In this document: in pieces, positions 33,401 to 45,548 of the stretch
How positions within the stretch are numbered: the first letter of the stretch is position 1
How the letters are laid out: every line of letters begins with the position of its first letter
Assembly: GCA_977018835.1 (NCBI GenBank)
Contig: OZ361256.1
Location: forward strand, 3,844,001-3,908,000
Length of the DNA: 64,000 bases
Direction: 5' to 3'
From: Minutocellus sp. GHC0000111
Taxonomy: Eukaryota
The notes under the pieces: model-generated
What the model saw: only the letters and a program-made list of their open reading frames with translations
Databases searched by the model: none
Told to the model about the DNA's origin: nothing
Translations under genes and position numbers: made by a program

Positions 33401-36400
33401 GACGATCCTCCAGGCTCTTGATGGTAGACTCGTAATGGTCCAGGGCCAAAGCAAGGGCTTCAAGCCATTCTCCGTCTTCCTCCAACGTTGACACTCTCTT
33501 TTCAATACCCAGATTGGAAACAGATAGGAGACCTTCTTGGCAAAGGATGAGAATCCGACCATCGGCTGATCGAATGCTATTCTGAAATGTTGTTGTGATG
33601 CTCTGCGATCGCACCGTAATTGGTTTCGTCCCGCCGTCACTGTTACTAATGGCGGTTGATGCTGTTCGGCTGAGTGCAAACTCGGCATAAACCAATTTTA
33701 CAACTGAAAAGTCAAGGCGCTCCGTCAGTGTCATCATCACAGTATCAACGATGGTGAATTCATTTGTAACAGTGAGATAAACCAGAGATCTGCTGTCCAA
33801 CCATTCCAGTGCAACGACCGGAGCCGAAGACTGAAACTCATTGTATTCGCCGAATGCAGGCCACGGAGGCATTTCGGAATCATCACCGAGGCCACTGTCA
33901 TCAAATTCGGGAAAACTGGCCCGTAAAAACTGTATTGCGCATCCCCATCCTCGAGCAAGTATCGGCGTTAGTGCCTTGCCCCCACCTTGGACCTGGGACC
34001 AACCCCAAGAAATACAAGGCAGAAAGGCAGTCGGTGCAGGAGCAGGCCGTGACTTTTGAGCAGAGCTATCGGATGCACTGGTATCAGTTGTTGCGTTTGC
34101 TGTTGCCAAAGTGGAGAAAAAGGAATCAATATCCATCATTTCGTCACTCGGTCTCGCCCATCTATAGAGCACGCTCACTTTTGGCTCGACTGCAACTGAA
34201 AAGGTACTCCGATCCGATGACAGAGCAACCAAAACGAGCTTCTTAAAGCCAGGATGGGGGCCAGAGACTTCCTCATTACCGCCCCTGCCCGCAGGAGTTG
34301 TCACCGATGGAAGTGGCGATAGTACATGCGTGGCAAGTATTTGTCCGGCAGTGCCATCCAAGAGACACTCGGTTTCGACATTGTAGGAGCCCCAGAGGAC
34401 TGCCTTGGAGAAGATCAGCCGATTCACTAACCCTCCTGCATCTACTGTCACGACACCGAGGGAATCTGGCTGAGGTAAGAAGCGAACCGATGTTACTGGG
34501 CTAGCGTGCGCATCGCCGACCGACTTGAGGATTGTGCCTCGAATAGCATCCCACAAAACCACCAGTCCAGAGGTATATCCTGCTATCAGAGCATCGCCAT
34601 CATGAGAAAGATCAATCGAGGTGACCGAACCAGCGGAGGGACTCAACTCAGGGCCTCCACCGCCCGAGGATGAAGGCGAACCACCCAATCTCAGCTTCAG
34701 AACCTCAAAGTGATCAAAGACCAGGACTTGTCCCTTCTGTGTTCCGACAGCAATGAACTTGGACGAAACGGCCAAGGCTGTTGGAAGGCCGACAGAAAAT
34801 TTCCTCTCCCTCGAGTTCATGAGAAGCTCCTTTCCGATCCGCGTCAGAGGTTTGGATTCCACAACCGAAGCGGACGATGCAGTGCCCGGAAGACGGGCCG
34901 CCGCGGCGGCGGCTGCTGCAGCGGTAGCTTTTGCCGCCGCAATCTCACTGTCCTTCCCGGAACCCGAGGAGGCACCAGCACCGGCACCGTCCTTTTTTAT
35001 TCTCGACGTCAGCATCTCTCGAGGCTTCATCCGACGCTTCACCATGAGCGGGCTGACAATATCTTTCTGTCCCGGTCGGAGAAGCTTCTGCTCCGCATTT
35101 CGTGCATGGCGAAGATACGCTGCTGATATGACCTGAGACGCGTTGGTCGGCGACATGACGCCGGACGATCCAGCCAATGCCGAGACCTCGCTCGTAGGGG
35201 AGGATGTCTCCTTCTTCTCTTCGGCCGACCTTTGCGCTGCCGCCCTATCTCTGTATCGTTTCCGGTCAAAAGACGCAAACTTGGCCATGTCATATCCCAA
35301 TGATTTGACCGGAGTGGATGATGCCGAAGCGCCGACACTGGCACCCTTCTTCTTATTGTGTTTGTTGGATTTGGCACCCGCATCGTCACCAAAGTTGAAC
35401 ACATACCCGTCGCGAATGCTGGCATTGTTCAAGCCGGCGGTTATCGTGTCCATGTCAACATCGTCGACATCGTCGTCATCGTCATCCTCGCTTGCCATGG
35501 ACCGAAGGATGGCATCGACGTCCGGATTCGTCGATGCGGCGAGACTACTGCTGCCACTGCCGCTGGCATAGGACCGAGCCGACGATCGGCTTGTTGTGCG
35601 CTTGTGTGACGAGGACGGCGTCCTGTACTGTCGGTTGGCAGCCGATGAGGACCCGAGCAGATCGGCCAAATCATCCTCGTCATCTTCATCCTCATCATAA
35701 TCATCGCCTCGGCGTTTCGAGCTCCTGCTGCTGCTATTGTTGCGAGTACTACTTCCATAGCCGACACCAATGCTGCCCGTGTGACGGGATACACGGGAGG
35801 CCCAATCCTTGCTCAGTCCGATCTGAACATCGTTATCGATGCTGCTGTTGCGGTTCAAGGAAGACGAACTGTCAGTCTCATCGTCATCGTCGTCGTCGTC
35901 ATCATCCAATATCGACTGCAAGACGGCCCAGTCTTCGGCAGTGTGCGTCATGGACGTGTCGGCCGAAACGGAGGCCGCGCCGCCGCTGGTGGTGCTGCTT
36001 CGAACCGAGACGGACCGGGCCGACGACAATCCACCACCACCGGAGGCGGCCGGCATGGAAAATACCGACCTGCCGCTGCTCCTGGCCACCGGAGTTTGGC
36101 ATTCCTCCTCGGCGTGGCTGCTACTGCCGCCGCCGCCGCCGCGCACATTGTTGGTACCGACGCTTGGACGGCCGGCTGCCGAAGAGGAACCTCTCGTGCC
36201 GTGCCGTGATTGGTATCTGCCGCCGACGTCTTGCTCATCTGCATCAAAATCACTGCTGTCGTCATTGTCGTCACTGTCGGAGTCGACCCGCAGTAATTGC
36301 TCGAGGTCAGGGTCCATCTCCAGAGCGGTGGCACCACTGGCACCGCCAGCAGCGGCAGCAGCGGAAGAGGAACCAGCACCAGCCGAGGGCCGTCCCCTCG

Positions 36401-36512
36401 CAGCATTAGCAGTAGGAGCAGCCGGTCGACGGGCGTAGACGCCTCCGCCACCGCCATCGGACGAGGACGACGTGGAGGAGTCTCCAGCGTCGAGGATGGC
36501 CTGAAGGTCCAT
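30462..36512 (-). CDS. VPS8: VPS8-like CORVET subunit (low-complexity N-terminus, WD40 propeller, Vps8 domain, clathrin-repeat solenoid)
   Basis: Intact 2016-aa ORF with GLPTALAVSSKFIAVGT..GQVLVFD, GEWLEALALAL, VCIDFC...LEPYVL...VERCLLHM...GLDDFATPL and YRVEDCLKLCQEYDIADASAYLLERMGN. Confidence 0.85.
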   Translation of the reverse strand: MDLQAILDAGDSSTSSSSDGGGGGVYARRPAAPTANAARGRPSAGAGSSSAAAAAGGASGATALEMDPDLEQLLRVDSDSDDNDDSSDFDADEQDVGGRYQSRHGTRGSSSAAGRPSVGTNNVRGGGGGSSSHAEEECQTPVARSSGRSVFSMPAASGGGGLSSARSVSVRSSTTSGGAASVSADTSMTHTAEDWAVLQSILDDDDDDDDDETDSSSSLNRNSSIDNDVQIGLSKDWASRVSRHTGSIGVGYGSSTRNNSSSRSSKRRGDDYDEDEDDEDDLADLLGSSSAANRQYRTPSSSHKRTTSRSSARSYASGSGSSSLAASTNPDVDAILRSMASEDDDDDDVDDVDMDTITAGLNNASIRDGYVFNFGDDAGAKSNKHNKKKGASVGASASSTPVKSLGYDMAKFASFDRKRYRDRAAAQRSAEEKKETSSPTSEVSALAGSSGVMSPTNASQVISAAYLRHARNAEQKLLRPGQKDIVSPLMVKRRMKPREMLTSRIKKDGAGAGASSGSGKDSEIAAAKATAAAAAAAAARLPGTASSASVVESKPLTRIGKELLMNSRERKFSVGLPTALAVSSKFIAVGTQKGQVLVFDHFEVLKLRLGGSPSSSGGGGPELSPSAGSVTSIDLSHDGDALIAGYTSGLVVLWDAIRGTILKSVGDAHASPVTSVRFLPQPDSLGVVTVDAGGLVNRLIFSKAVLWGSYNVETECLLDGTAGQILATHVLSPLPSVTTPAGRGGNEEVSGPHPGFKKLVLVALSSDRSTFSVAVEPKVSVLYRWARPSDEMMDIDSFFSTLATANATTDTSASDSSAQKSRPAPAPTAFLPCISWGWSQVQGGGKALTPILARGWGCAIQFLRASFPEFDDSGLGDDSEMPPWPAFGEYNEFQSSAPVVALEWLDSRSLVYLTVTNEFTIVDTVMMTLTERLDFSVVKLVYAEFALSRTASTAISNSDGGTKPITVRSQSITTTFQNSIRSADGRILILCQEGLLSVSNLGIEKRVSTLEEDGEWLEALALALDHYESTIKSLEDRRRLRDGDLSRHPEFAKGQRSEEEEWIASLLMRYMHLAVENAPEPIQDDSLSLSGRGRQQSRFIDLAHGHFQMLAGVCIDFCVVTRRLDLLFGPVFECFKVAQYVSVFFDVLEPYVLNDRLDYIAPEAMTHFIEHCKAMNDLAIVERCLLHMNVAFMDFDTILSLLRSNGMYTALLHVYSRGLDDFATPLAELFEAIFSAADDCNARIYKRPDGVPKNLYERYGYKAIMYIEYCLKGKMFPQGGQIEPMDKAQAIRREIVHFLQEKTYAPPPTVRSTAMSRRTGLRRLPYPYLQLLVALDPKALLDTLSVFFDEPDLTRNQNRADAFGKEMTLSEGGISPECQEIASIISDIVMPENETTSGIGASAISETIQSQATRDIFLDFVAKYLLRGSITVSVPITMKILTRMSSLVMEFDSSSPNIAAAQQHAQEKVLELLGALPRNSYDHQKALKIVEEAGFNRAALLLHRESLMSLLQSGASREVVTHHFCSSIDCYLRDSDRDYKALVFDYIKNDCMSSIVDCAASEQELKGEAPASAKDLLKEPIFGKLPELINLDPVQSTQLVTEVFIEDVDEVIASLDGEDNEIALFNFFHAIVSGSLAKIDPVAGPALLANLTLSHHQKYLLLMARYHPEMMYQHLTTHDNYRVEDCLKLCQEYDIADASAYLLERMGNVSSALQLMLQTLEARLMGLKRIIRSIGSESGSNHRRRKGSHLSTSSTGSSRRGTNANVKGSQSTAITANDTYKKELEKVRQSLVVALDLCERNSGASKPRSDHGSQLWFNILDRLTNAKGFLRLHKEQSEHSTIMLALLAELLELSMQRMVSVVPLPDLLRKITTDHSGSSLGEFKEMLATLLKTYNTELKLSKNALGVMNNDIQQMTAEKRRLKLRGYRIESFDDSRVKVVDISGEASSGQGVNESTNLSRLRAKRNQRLARQGEKRGRSSLSTNPRSRMDSIQSSAHFGPRQIGRLSQADNYGRLM

Positions 36513-37162
36513 TTATCTTGGCCGTGTTTTGGTTGATGATTATTCCTACTACGGCAAGGCACAAAGCAAACAAACAGGACGTGATGTGCTCACAGGTGCT
36601 TGCGAGGGCGGAAGCGAAGGAACGAAAGCCAAAAACAAGATACGCAGCATTTCTGTGTTTCGTCACAGTGATCTGGCATTTTTGACGGAAGATGGAAAGA
36701 CGATCACTTCCGGGTCGCCATGCCTGGCTCTCACATTTTTGTCTCCTTTCCACGGCTTCGCGCAACTCCCGTCGATCGTATCAATTTGGAAGTGAAGTCT
36801 GCACACTGAACAGCAAGCGTAGCAAGCGTGGAAGATTCAGTTGCTCGCCCGCCTGGCGTCCTCTTGAAACAGTCACACGAGGGAATAAATCCAATCGCTG
36901 GGCGCCCCTCTACTCTCTTGGCTTCTCACATCGACACGACAGGGGCTACTCTTTCGCTTCGCGAACCGGTCTTGCCAATCCGACAATCCAAATCGTACTT
37001 TTCGTTTGGTCATTCTTGGTTTTTGTCGTGCGGACTGTCTGCTGGCATCTGAATTCCAACAGAGAGATCTTCAAACCAATCGACTATCTGCTTTGACAAT
37101 AGACTCGTTCAATTGTCATTGGCATTCGTCACATACATTACACACCAAACAATACACAAAGC

Positions 37163-40100
37163 ATGAGGCGCCGCAACAATTCATGTCTTCTTGGCGGGTC
37201 CGCAGCTTCATCATCATTTATGCTGGTGGTGGGACAATTGGCTCTTCTTCTTTCGAACGTAGACTTGGCCAATGCTCAGCCACTCAAATTGGCAGGCGGT
37301 GGCTACACTGCCACTACCAATCCCATCAATGAGGCCAACCTCGCCCTCGATGCTGCCGCCATCAAGGAGAGCACAGACCTTGCCACCAAGAAGCAAATTT
37401 ACAAGGATGGAGGCGGTTCGTCGCCTGGCACATCCCTCGCCAAGCTCAGTTTGGACGCCGCATCGCTCATGAAGGACGACGATATGTTCAACGTCTTCCG
37501 ATATGCCTTCAATTACATTGGCAACGTCAAGGAGCACGAGGACCTCAACCACTTCGACGACGAGGATGTGGGAGTGTATGCCAACACGATCGTGGAGGAT
37601 TTGTTCGATCTCAACACCGAAAACATTGAGACCGATGATGCCCTGGTGACCAGTGTTTGGATGACCGTCGTCCACCACCTGTACGAGGCCATGAACGAAT
37701 GCAAGGCCACCGCCACGTCGGCCGGGTCGGACTCGCCCAGCGGCGAAGCCGCCCTCGACAAGGCCGCTGCCTACTGGATCGGTAGTGGACAGGAATTCGG
37801 TGAGAATGAGGGCGGACACATGCTCTACAGCCTCACCGAGAAGGCCAGTCTCCGCTTCGGACAGGATAACATCGAGGCCGAGGTCAATACCAACATCATT
37901 GGCCTCCTCAATCAGATCAAGACGGACATCATTCAGCCCGGTGCCTGCAAGCAGCCCGATGGTTACCTGCAGTTCCGCTTCATCGTCAACAAGATTATTG
38001 CCCAGATGACTGTACCGCTCGTACAGAATCTCTACCACTACAGCTCCGAGAAAAACGAGAAGTTCTTGGAGCTCTATGCTTTGGCCCTGACGCCGCAGAT
38101 TGCCGCTTGCAGCACGGCCGAGTTCGATTGGTTCCTTGAGGAACTCGTGATGAAGGACCTGAATCAGCAGGACTTTCCCGAAGTCGTGTCGAGATTGCAG
38201 GCTCTGTACCCGTGTCTTGGCATTACATGCCAGGATGTTGGCTCGTACAAGAATGGTGCGATCCCTCAATGCAGTGACAGTGCGTTGGTTACCGATATCG
38301 CTGGATATATGCCTGAGCGGGATGTTTCGGAAGTGAGTTTGGCTCTTTTTGCTTGACGATCTATTGCATGCTCATTGCTCATCATTTTTTGGATTCTGCA
38401 TAATTGCCCAAGACATTTGGTTTCTCATACCCTTTGATCTTTATCAAAAACACAACATTCATGCAAAATGTGCAGATTCTCAAGCTCGATCGCGATGTTT
38501 TGCGCATCAAGATCCTCATGGGCTGGGAAGCGTACGATGCTGCCGCGGACATTTATGTGAATGGACGCAATAGTATGCAGGATGGTTCGCTTCTTTCTTT
38601 GCAGTCCATCGCCACGTCCAGTGAAAGATCGGTTGTCCCTGAATCTGATTGGTTCAAGACGTACTACAATGACGATGACAACTATGCCGATACCATGATC
38701 CAGGATGCCTTCAAGGGAAGCGCATCGACCAACTTTCCTGGGGCTTCTCCGGAACAGCTCCAGGGAGTTGTTTTCAGATTGCTCCAAACTCTTGTCACCC
38801 CAATGTACTCGCTCCAGGAGATGCACAAGGCTATTAATCTTTGTGGATCGGATTCCAAGGCGGCCGAGGATGCCTGGGACCGCGGCGCTGCCTTGTATGT
38901 CGGTACTGGCGAAGGTACCGCTGCTGGTGGTACGGGCAGCGGCGTTCTTCTGCACGGCCTCGCGAACGAAGTTTGCGATAAGTTCTGCACCTGCGATGAT
39001 GATGGAAAAGCTCAGGCAAATAGTGATATGATTGATTTCTTTCAGCGAGGCAAGGAGTCTCTTTCCGATGGAAGTTGCGCGGCCTTGCCCAATCCTACTC
39101 TCCCCGCAAAGCTCATTGGCGATATGAGACTGGCAATGATCCAGGGAACACTCCACTTTGCCGCTGTCAATGACAAGCTCGGAGCCAATTCCAGGGAAGG
39201 TAGTATCGGAGAAGGCTTTGGTGCGTCCAGATCAATCCTGCCCTACCTCAACCAAGTGAATGCCTTCGATTCTAGAACTGTCGACAAGAATATGGCCTTT
39301 CCCTCCAGTGGAGGCAAGCCTGTGCCGGATGGGTATGTGGAGGTTTTTGCTTCCATTGCCAAAGCTTTGAAGACGATGGATGTTGACTGCGGCGATGTTG
39401 GTGTCTACACAGATGTTGTGGCAAACGGAAACATGTGTGCCTTGGCAAATGGAGGCGCTGTGCCTGTCCCTCCAACTCAGTCTGGCCCAACTTCGCCGGT
39501 GAGCGGACCGACTGCCCGACCTCCGTGCCGGCACAAGCCCCAACTCGACCTGCCACTCAACCGGAGGGAGGTCAAGTGGATTACACCTTCACGACAGCTG
39601 GCAAGGAAGCTGGTCTTATCGCGAACGATGTAAAGGAGATTGCCTCTTCGAGCGTTGCCAATGCCAAGACGCTTTACAACAACGGAAAGAGCTCTACAAC
39701 CAGCCTATCAAGCCTCAGTACGGACGCTTCCTCGCGATATGGTCAGGATCGTCTGTACAACATCTTCCGCTTTGCCTTTAGAGACGAGCCGGTCTTTGTG
39801 GACGGTGGTACTGGCAGTTTAGCGGACTCCTCGTACGCCAACACTGTCATTTCCAAGGCTCTTGAGATAGCAGAGGACACTGACCTGGCCGCTGTTGCGT
39901 CCGTGGCGCTGAATACTTGGATGGAAATCATCCATCATCTCGAGCAGGCCGTCCTCTCGTGTACGGATAGCTCCATTGACGGTGCGCTTGCAATGGACAC
40001 TGCCGTTGGATACTACGTTGGAGCTGGACAAATCAAGGGATCAAGCAATGGTAATCTCATGTATGCAATGGCCGAGGAGGCAGCGGATAGATTCGGCGAA

Positions 40101-43100
40101 AGCCCTGGTGAGGCGTCCTCCAACACGCTCATCATGAGCCATTTCCGTGACGCCAAGGTTCTGGCAGACTCTTGCTCTGGTGGAGCTCCGATCCAGCTCC
40201 GTCGTGCTGTGGACAAGATTATTGCTCAGATGAACGTCCCACTTATCCGCAATCTTGTATACTACATGAATGCTGCAACTGCCGATGACGAAATCGAGCT
40301 TGAGAACTTCATCGAACTTTGTGCATTGTCAACCGTGCCTCAGGTGGCAGGATGCAACCCCGGAGCCTTCGCCTACCTCCGCGATGAGTTGATTGACCAC
40401 GAGTGGGACTCCAACGACCTTGGCGATATTCTTGCCAAGTTGAGAGACAGCCTCAGCTGCTTTGGTCTGACTTGTTCCGACATTGGCATTCTCCAGGACC
40501 CCGTCGCAACTCAACAACTGTGCGGCGGCGGCGTCGCAACGTCAACCTCCTTGGCCGGATACGAGCCTTCCACAGATGTGTCGCGAATCGCCTCCATCGA
40601 TCGGGACATCCTTCAGATCAACATCATGCTGCAAATGGGAGCACCCCAGCAGGCCCGCGCGATCTATGTTGGCGGCCAGAACAGCATCATTGAGAGAAAT
40701 GATGCCTACACTACTCTCCAAGATCTTGCTACCGACGACGACCGCATCGTTCCCGGTAATACTCAGTTCGACATCTACTCGTCGTATTACTCGAATCCCT
40801 ACTATGCTGATAGCATCATCATGGATGCATTCGACAAGAAGGGGGTCTTTGGGGGACTTTCTAACAGCCATATTGCACAGTTTGTCGTCGGTGCGCTCAG
40901 AGAGATGGTAGCTTACATGTATGGTATCCGAGAGCTCTACACTGCTATTGACGAGTGTGAGAGCGACTCTTCCGACCACGGAAGTGCCTCTTGGGATCGT
41001 GCCGCTGCGGTCCTCACTGGATCAATTGATGGAGCAAAGCAAATGTCTGATTATCCTTCGGGTGCTAAACTCATGTACTCTCTTGGGAATGAAATCTGTG
41101 ACAACTTTGGCAAGTGCTCCGACTCGAACGTCGGTGCATCGAGCTCGAAGCTTGTGGAGTATCTCACCGGCGGCAAGCTGTTTTTGAGTGATTCCGAATG
41201 TGAGGGAGCCTCGGATCTTGTTGACGTTGGAATCACTTCGTCTCTGCAAGTTGCCTTGATTCAGGGCAGTATCAATGCCACGGCTCAGCTGTCCAAGATG
41301 GGCTCGTCCGATGGCATTGCAGGAGCAGCACATGCACTTATGTATGCCGTCGCTCCTCTTGTTGATGATTCCAACCCAAGCAGTGCCACAACCATCGAGA
41401 ATAACATGAAACTTAATGGTGGGGCAGCAAGTGTGGACTCGGTCATTGATGCATTCCGCGACGCCATTGCTTTTATGAGTGCTGATTGCACGGAAGTCGG
41501 TGTTTTCCAGGCCACTGCAACTGGCGTCTGCCCCGCCGACGCGGTAGCAGTTGATACTCCAGTAACCCTGGCGAATGGTCTGTACACCACCAGCACTTAT
41601 GTTCAGGACAGAGCGCTGCTTGCTCTTGATCTTCGTGATATGGAGAAGGCCCTCAAGGATGGCAACTCCGAAGTTGCCAGGGGAATCTACGAGGGTGGAC
41701 TCAACCCCGACATTTACGACAAGAATGGCAAAAAGGTTGGAACACGCAGTTTGTCGAGCTTCAGTACATCTGCACCCTTGGTCATGTCCCAAGAGCCAAC
41801 TTACATCCTCTTCAAGTATGCTCTAGACGGCATCGACAATGGTCTCTATCTCGGTGGGCCGACTGGCGAGTATGCTGACTCTATCGTGCAGAAAACATTC
41901 GAGAGCCAGGGCAGTTCCCTCATTCCGGTTGAGGCTGCTCGGGTATTGAATCTTTGGATGTACGTTGTTCATGAGTTGTATCAGGGCGTTGATAATTGTC
42001 GACGAAAACTCCTCAAGGACGACGACGGCGTCCACTCTATCGACGAGTTGCAGCTTACTACATTGGTGATAGCCAGCAGACGGGGTCCGCTGAGGAAGGT
42101 CACTCCCTCTATGCCCTCGCTGAGGAGATTGGTGAAAAGTTTGGCCACGACAGCACCAGGCAGTCAACCGTCAACGTCAAGATCATCTCTCTACTCAATG
42201 ATGCCAAGAACGAGATCTCCTACCCTGGAGCCTGTACGACGAATAATGACAGCTACAAGAGATTGCGCTCTATTGCTCACAAGATCATTTCTCAAATGAC
42301 GGTCCCACTCATCCAGAATCTGATTTACAATCTCGCCGAGAACGACCGGGAACGAGTCCAATTGTACGCTCAAGCCTTTGTGCCCCTCACTGCGGCGTGC
42401 AATCCAGGCAACTTTGAGTTCCTCCGAGACAAGCTCATGGTGGAGCAATACAATGTGGTCGACGTCGACAATATCATCCGCGTTATTGAGAGCACTTACC
42501 AATGCCTCGGCCTGTCTTGCGATGATATTGGTGTTTTCAACGATTATGGTGGTGATTGCGTCGGCACGCCAGAACTCAACCCTCTTGCGGGCTACATCCC
42601 CCAGACTGATGTTCGCAAGATCGCCGCACTTGATTTGGACATTCAGGCGATCCAGATCTTTATGAAAGAGCGTGCATACGACGCCGTCCGAGACTACTAC
42701 ACTCTTGGAAGACACGCCTCAATTACAACACGCATCGGCGACGAGGTATTTTCCCTCAAGGACCTCGCAACTACCTCAACTCGTCAGATTGTCCCATCGT
42801 TTGAGTACTTCAAGAACTATTTTGGAGCTGAAGTCGATGAGATTGAAGACGCTGCCGATTACGCCGACCATATGATTTCCATGGCCCTCGATACCGACAA
42901 ATTGTCCCTGGCATCTCACCAGAACAACGAACGGAGATTGTTGTCAAGGCATCTCAATACATGGTTGTGTACATGGCAGCTCTCGAGGCCATGTACGAAG
43001 CCATTGATGACTGCCGATCAAACGATTCCCAGAGAAAGGCCAATGCAGCCAACGAGTGGGACAAGGCGGCAGCGTATTTGATTGGTTCTCTCGAGGGCAC

Positions 43101-43698
43101 CGAGTCTGGAGGTACAGACCGTGGTCTCATGATGTACAGCCTTGCCAACAAGAGATGCGAGCAATTCAACCGATGTGAGAACGACGGAACAGCCGAACTA
43201 AATGGTTTGTTGATTGATCTGCTTTATGCCGGCAGGGGTGAGACAATGGGCAGTAATTGCGACGCACTCCAAAAGACCACCAAAGAGATTGAGCAGCTCT
43301 TACAAGTACCTCTCATCCAGGGTACTCTGCGCTATGCCATTGCGAACGAAAAGCTGCTGTTCTTCGATAAGAGCAAGGACCTGGCAGAAGGATACGTGTT
43401 TTCTCATTCTGTCTTACCGTATGTTGCCGAGGTAGATGGGGATGCTGCTAGAGTCATCCAGAGGAATATGGACTTTCAATTCGACTCCGAGCCTGTTCGT
43501 GACGGCACAAGGAAGGTTTTCCAAGCGTTTGCTAGTGCCATACCGAAGATGGGCGTTGACTGCGAAGCGGTTGGCACCGTCGACGGCCTCGGCGGTGTTT
43601 GCGGCACAAGCTCCTCATCCCCGTCTCGTCGAACTCAATTATCGATCGCCACATCGATTGTCGTCGCAGGGGCCACAATATTTGCTTCTCTTCTTTAG
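37163..43698 (+). CDS. Large secreted, membrane-anchored FEA1/ISIP2-like (low-iron-inducible periplasmic) protein with six repeats; intron 38333-38475; frameshifts near 39520, 42047, 42920
   Basis: Signal peptide. Six units each starting (G)YxxxT/D...LxxD, with A...IY..G, LxxLS/A, W/LDxAAAxxxG, LYxLA...F and VPLIQ...C motifs. C-terminal hydrophobic tail IATSIVVAGATIFASLL. Confidence 0.75.
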
Positions 43699-43819
43699 AT
43701 AGATGCCAACAAAGGCCACCCGTACGCATTCATAAATAGAATATCATTAAAGAAATGCATGAATTTTGTTTCCATTTTATTGTCACAGTCCTTTAAGTGA
43801 ATTAAATCAGTAGAAATGT

Positions 43820-45322
43820 CTACCTCTGGTCCTCCTCCTTGGCGCCGCTCAAGCTATCATAATCGCAATTGCTCTCCGCAAAACCGATTCTATTATTGTC
43901 AAGATCAATTGTTACGTCATGACCAAGCATCACATTGGCCCCAAGAACGCCTCCGGAACCATCGGCCTCACTGAAGTGCATCCTCAGCTTCCAATCACCT
44001 TTGTCGCTTACTGGGGTCACATAATGTGCCGGAGGCACCGCCACGAGGACGTGGTTCGGATTGGATGGGTCGATCGGAGCAGCCATTCCAGGCAAGGCCT
44101 GATCCTTGGCCTGAACATCCAGGTCAGGATCGAGATGGGAAGCCACGCGGAGCTGAAAGATGAATGTTGGCAAGTTGTTCAGTGCATCCACGCCGCCGTC
44201 GAGATGGAATTGTTTACCGCCGACGGGCAAATCTTGTCCGGTCGCCTCCTTCCAAGCAGCCTGAAAGGCAGATTTCACACCCCTCTGCAGGTAGGTATCC
44301 GTCGTACCAGAGTCAACGATAATACCACCGCTGTTGAGTATCTCGCTTTCGATGTCGACCTTGGTGATGTCATCAGGCTCCTCGATTGCAGCCGAATGCC
44401 CACCACTGGCACGGATGTAGACAGCCTGCACGTGTACCGAGTACCATCCGTTGCCCACGCCAAAGTTTTCGGCCCATACCATGGGAGTTTCGTGAAGCCG
44501 AGCGTCGCTCCCACCCAAAGTGAGAGCACCGGCCTCGGTACCAACCTTCTCGGCATGGTTGACACGTCGATAGCAGAGCGAGAATGACTTGCGCTTGGTG
44601 ACGCCGGTCTGGAACATCTGTCTCCATAGGGCGGTGGGTGCGTCCTCCATTCCCATAATGCCGTCGGCCAACTGCGTCCTGAACAGTCCCGTGAGCATGG
44701 TCTGACAACCGAACTTGAGAGGAAAGCGAAAGGTCTCGGCAAGCTCCGGATCGGCACCGTCAGCCGCGGCCTCTTCGGCGGTCAGCTCCAGCTTGCCATC
44801 CACTTCGGCCAGTGCTTGGTCGTGTGGACCGCCGGGATAGCACCAATCCTTGGCCTCAAAGGCCTTCCACGTGCTGCCCTCTTCGTAACGCATGGTAACA
44901 AGACACACCTCGTCCAGACCACCATGACCGAGAGACCCACAGGGGCCGAGGCTGCACTGATCACAAGACACTGGAGCGAAGCTCTTGGACTGATCCTCAT
45001 GGAAGATGGGGTCGGTGTGATACTTCTCATCGCCACAGTCATGACAAAGGGAGCATGGGAACGCGGTGACGCCCGAACCGGTATCGACAATCACGGTTTG
45101 CCTCTGAGGAGGGGTGCCCACCCATAGATCGACGTAATGCGTACCAAAGCCCTGATACAAGCTCATCACTTCAACCCGACCTCCCGGCTTCGACGCTGGT
45201 TCCGTCAACCTCCGGCGAGGGTACCCATCCGAGGGGACCTCGTCGTAATGTGCATATATGTCGCTACCCTCCTCCTCCTCATGTCCCTGAAGGCGTCGCT
45301 CCCTCCGGCGCCGGTCCAGCAT
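43820..45322 (-). CDS. Pepsin-family (A1) aspartic protease, plasmepsin V/xylanase-inhibitor-like; true start probably slightly upstream
   Basis: HYVDLWVGTPPQRQTVIVDTGS, Cys-rich C..C..C insert, FGCQ...DGIMG, IVDSGTTDTY and VLGAN...IGFAESNC. The frame extends upstream through LPLIPH. Confidence 0.9.
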   Translation of the reverse strand: MLDRRRRERRLQGHEEEEGSDIYAHYDEVPSDGYPRRRLTEPASKPGGRVEVMSLYQGFGTHYVDLWVGTPPQRQTVIVDTGSGVTAFPCSLCHDCGDEKYHTDPIFHEDQSKSFAPVSCDQCSLGPCGSLGHGGLDEVCLVTMRYEEGSTWKAFEAKDWCYPGGPHDQALAEVDGKLELTAEEAAADGADPELAETFRFPLKFGCQTMLTGLFRTQLADGIMGMEDAPTALWRQMFQTGVTKRKSFSLCYRRVNHAEKVGTEAGALTLGGSDARLHETPMVWAENFGVGNGWYSVHVQAVYIRASGGHSAAIEEPDDITKVDIESEILNSGGIIVDSGTTDTYLQRGVKSAFQAAWKEATGQDLPVGGKQFHLDGGVDALNNLPTFIFQLRVASHLDPDLDVQAKDQALPGMAAPIDPSNPNHVLVAVPPAHYVTPVSDKGDWKLRMHFSEADGSGGVLGANVMLGHDVTIDLDNNRIGFAESNCDYDSLSGAKEEDQR

Positions 45323-45548
45323 CGTTCGATGGGGGATGAGCGGAAGGGTGCACTCACAGCAAATAAGAGCGCGTGGAAGAAGTAGAGATGAATAATATGA
45401 CGACCATAAGGGTGAGCTACGTAGCTCGCGTATACTCTCGATTATGCACTATATTGTAGCTATTCTAATCTCTATGTTCTATTATTCTATGGGGGTCTGT
45501 CTTTCTTTGGAGACAGTAGCAAAATTGTTTGTTCAGGTAGTAGCTTGT

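Noticed and set aside
37214..38269. 351-aa antisense ORF and similar ones across the FEA1-like gene
   Set aside because: These are shadow frames of a clear sense-strand gene.
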